Of a DNA stretch of 64,000 nucleotides, positions 61,408-64,000 are shown one piece after another. The stretch's first letter is position 1, and each line of letters starts with the position of its first letter. The translations under genes were made by a program, and so were the position numbers. Origin of the DNA: Bdellovibrionales bacterium (GTDB lineage Bacteria > Pseudomonadota > Alphaproteobacteria > UBA2400); the NCBI GenBank assembly GCA_039808765.1, contig JBDHTQ010000004.1, forward strand, positions 4,642-68,641, in the 5' to 3' direction. Under the pieces are notes generated by a model, which was given only the letters and a program-made list of their open reading frames with translations, did no database searches and was not told where the DNA came from.

Positions 61408-62814
61408 GCCATGAGCTTTCCTGAACTTGGTTTGAGTGAGTCCGTCTGCCGGGCGGTTGATGATGTAGGCTACCGCGAGCCCACACCCATCCAGCGTGAG
61501 TCGATCCCTATTATTTTGATGGGGCGAGACATGGTGGCTACTGCGCAAACGGGAACGGGTAAAACCGCAGCCTTTACATTACCGATGATTGATGTTTTGT
61601 CGGGGCATCGAGCGCGGGCACGCATGCCGCGATCTTTGATTCTTGAGCCCACGCGTGAGCTTGCGGCTCAGGTTGCTGATAATTTTGATCTTTATGGCAA
61701 ATACAATAAACTCTCCCACGCGCTGATCATCGGTGGTGAGAATATGGATGATCAGATCAAACTGTTAGATCGGGGCGTTGATGTTTTGATTGCCACGCCG
61801 GGCCGGTTGGTTGATCTGTTTGAGCGTGGTCGGATTTTGCTTTCTGATATCAAGGTGTTGGTCATTGATGAAGCTGACCGCATGCTGGATATGGGATTCA
61901 TTCCCGACATTGAAAAGATTTGCCGTATGCTGCCTACGATGCGGCAGACCGTGATGTTTTCAGCCACCATGGCACCAGAGATCAAGCGTTTATCGGATCA
62001 GTTTTTGCTCAATCCCAAACACGTGAATGTGGCCCCCCCTGCCTCAACGTCGGTCAATGTCGAGCAGCATCTTGTTTTAGTGCAAGAACGCGACAAGCGC
62101 GAAGCATTACGTCATCTTTTACGTACTCAAAATGTGCGTAATGCTTTTATTTTTTGCAACCGCAAGCGCGATATCGGTATTCTGCAGCGTTCGCTTGAGC
62201 GTCACGGGTTTGAGGCGCTGGCCTTGCACGGCGATATGCCTCAATCGGCGCGTACAGCAACGCTTGATGCCTTTAAGGCGGATCGGGTTAAACTGATGAT
62301 TTGCTCAGATGTGGCGGCACGCGGGATAGATATTGCTGATGTAAGCCATGTCTTTAATTTTGATGTGCCTATCCATGCCGAAGACTATGTGCACCGCATT
62401 GGTCGCACCGGACGAGCAGGTAAGCAAGGGGTTACCTTTATGTTTGCCATGCCGATGGAGCAAAAGTTTGTTGAAGCCATTCAAAAACTGATTAAAAAGC
62501 AAATTCCTGTTCTTGCGCTGGAAGGCTTTGAGAATAAAGCGAGCAAAGAATCCTCTGCGCGTACAGAGAATGAAGAAACGTCAAGAAGACCTGCGCGGCG
62601 GACAACGTCCTCAGCGCGTTCTTCCTCTGATACAGATGGGAAAAATCTCAATCAAAGCTTTGCTCAATCCCCTCGTGCGTCGTCTCATTACAAGCGATCC
62701 CGCTCTGCCCCGAGCTACGCCTGTAATGAGGATGATGCACTGCCGGAAAACACCTGCGCTTTCGGCGATGATATTCCCGCATTTTTAGCGCGGGAAACCA
62801 AGTGGGCCTCTTAG
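61408..62814 (+). CDS. DEAD-box ATP-dependent RNA helicase (RhlE-like) with basic C-terminal tail
   Basis: Q-motif PTPIQ; Walker A AQTGTGKT; VIDEADRML (DEAD); SAT; HRIGRTGR. Confidence 0.85.
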   Translation, partial: AMSFPELGLSESVCRAVDDVGYREPTPIQRESIPIILMGRDMVATAQTGTGKTAAFTLPMIDVLSGHRARARMPRSLILEPTRELAAQVADNFDLYGKYNKLSHALIIGGENMDDQIKLLDRGVDVLIATPGRLVDLFERGRILLSDIKVLVIDEADRMLDMGFIPDIEKICRMLPTMRQTVMFSATMAPEIKRLSDQFLLNPKHVNVAPPASTSVNVEQHLVLVQERDKREALRHLLRTQNVRNAFIFCNRKRDIGILQRSLERHGFEALALHGDMPQSARTATLDAFKADRVKLMICSDVAARGIDIADVSHVFNFDVPIHAEDYVHRIGRTGRAGKQGVTFMFAMPMEQKFVEAIQKLIKKQIPVLALEGFENKASKESSARTENEETSRRPARRTTSSARSSSDTDGKNLNQSFAQSPRASSHYKRSRSAPSYACNEDDALPENTCAFGDDIPAFLARETKWAS

Positions 62815-62835
62815 GTTGGGGTGTTTTTTGTTAGA

Positions 62836-63441
62836 TTACATGCCGTAGGGAAACTGCTCATAGTCAATAATTGAGCTGTTTCTAACGCACTTGAGGGCTG
62901 TGGTATACTGGTCTAGTAGCTTGAGGGTGTAATCCAGAAAACGACTATTAAAACTTGTTCCATCCGTAAGAGCCATCATATCGGCTTCAGTTGTGCCGCG
63001 CAAAATGATGTGGTCAGGAACCCAACACATATGGTTGTTTTTATAGCCGAAAGAGCGCAGTTCACTTACCGGATAGGCACCCCCGCGTGATGCGGAAACA
63101 GTTACAGCTAATGCGGGTTTGTGCCCCACTTCCTTGCCAGAGCAAAGAAGAAGAAAATTCATAAGGCGTGGGGGCACCATGCCTGCATATTCAGGAGAAA
63201 CAAAAATAAAACCGTCAGCAGCTTTAAGCTTTTCTGCAATTTCGGTCCAGACAGACCATTTTTGTGCCAGCTCTGGGTTTCCCCACATGCCCTCATCCCA
63301 GAATGGTAGCGAGTCGATTTTGATGATTTCAGTCTGACAATCAGGGAGCAATTTTGGCATGTGGCCTTCGATAATTTGGGCGACTTGATGCGAAGCACCT
63401 TTTACGCGGTGTGAGCCGGAGATAATCAGAATTTTGTTCAT
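62836..63441 (-). CDS. NAD(P)H-dependent FMN reductase family protein
   Basis: The start MNKILIISGSHRVKGASHQVA is typical of the flavodoxin-like FMN reductase family. Confidence 0.65.
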   Translation of the reverse strand: MNKILIISGSHRVKGASHQVAQIIEGHMPKLLPDCQTEIIKIDSLPFWDEGMWGNPELAQKWSVWTEIAEKLKAADGFIFVSPEYAGMVPPRLMNFLLLCSGKEVGHKPALAVTVSASRGGAYPVSELRSFGYKNNHMCWVPDHIILRGTTEADMMALTDGTSFNSRFLDYTLKLLDQYTTALKCVRNSSIIDYEQFPYGM

Positions 63442-63463
63442 TGTAGGTCTTTCTATGGGGGGG

Positions 63464-64000
63464 TTATTCTAAACCCGCATTTTTGCGTGGATTAAAGGCA
63501 AGCCCAGCTTTCCATTTTTTGAGAAAAAGAGCAAGTTCTTCATCTTTTGTATCAGGAATAGTAATTTTTAGCCGCACATATTGATCGCCCGCCGCCGACG
63601 TGGTTGATGCCGGAATTCCTTTTCCTTTTAAGCGAAGCATTGCGCCATCTTGTGTGCCTGCTGGAACTTTCATTTCAACAGATCCGCTCAACGTGGGTAC
63701 GCGAATGCTGCCGCCAATGACGGCTTCTGTCAGGCTGATTGGCACTTCACAGCGAATATCCCGGCCTTCTTTGGTAAAGAAAGTGTGAGGCTCTACATGC
63801 AGCAGAATGTAAGCATCGCCTGCGGCGTTGCCAAAGCGGGCTTTTTGACCTTTGCCTTTTAGGCGCAGTTTTGTGTTGCTCTCTGTTCCTACGGGAATGG
63901 TGATGGCAACTTCTTCATTTTCGCCCAGTTTGATCGTGCGCTTGCTACCCAGGGCTGCTTCGATAAAGGGAATGGACAACGTATAATTTATATCGCGTGT
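63464..64000 (-). CDS. DnaJ-class co-chaperone C-terminal domains (CbpA/DnaJ-like); N-terminus beyond the window end
   Basis: GRDIRCEVPISLTEAVIGGSIRVPTLSGSVEMKVPAGTQDGAMLRLKGKGIP is DnaJ C-terminal substrate-binding domain sequence. The ORF is open at the window end. Confidence 0.7.
   Translation of the reverse strand, partial: TRDINYTLSIPFIEAALGSKRTIKLGENEEVAITIPVGTESNTKLRLKGKGQKARFGNAAGDAYILLHVEPHTFFTKEGRDIRCEVPISLTEAVIGGSIRVPTLSGSVEMKVPAGTQDGAMLRLKGKGIPASTTSAAGDQYVRLKITIPDTKDEELALFLKKWKAGLAFNPRKNAGLE

Overview
This 64 kb window looks like an alphaproteobacterial chromosome segment. The assignment rests on a ChpT-type phosphotransferase, a GTTC-N7-GTTC LexA box, and the yfgM-bamB-der, rplU-rpmA-obg-proB-proA and recF-gyrB gene blocks. 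Most of it is housekeeping: cheW/cheA-REC hybrid, chpT, a SEDS protein, an amidase, gyrB, recF, dnaN, an MsbA-like ABC exporter, pgm, galU, tldD/pmbA, grpE, uvrD, bamB, der, cobS, prfC, rdgB, fabI and a DEAD-box helicase. Several accessory signals interrupt this background.

The headline finding is a 12.4 kb tightly packed, translationally coupled gene cluster at 37789-50205. It joins four Dot/Icm (I-type type IV secretion) homologues in IncI-plasmid order (DotD/TraH, DotC/TraI, DotB/TraJ, IcmT/TraK) to a type IVb thin-pilus-like module. That module has a PilL-like TcpQ-domain giant protein, a PilN-type lipoprotein secretin, PilO-like and PilP-like proteins, a GspE-family ATPase (PilQ-like) and a GspF-family platform protein (PilR-like). 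No pilin, prepilin peptidase, relaxase or coupling protein lies in cis.

Two large, clearly paralogous polytopic membrane proteins (4199-6181 and 23568-26399) look like DotA/TraY-type components dispersed elsewhere. An orphan prepilin-like ORF (55846-56202) lies 5.6 kb downstream of the cluster.

Other notable items:
- A umuDC cassette with a LexA box is inserted into the conserved dnaN...recF-gyrB block.
- A roughly 100 bp dispersed repeat ending in a GC-rich hairpin occurs twice.
- A stand-alone receiver domain lacks the phospho-acceptor Asp.
- A twin HNH-endonuclease islet is present.
- A small MshEN-like ORF sits upstream of a cobS that has no adjacent cobT.

No rRNA, tRNA, CRISPR array, integrase or transposase was recognised.
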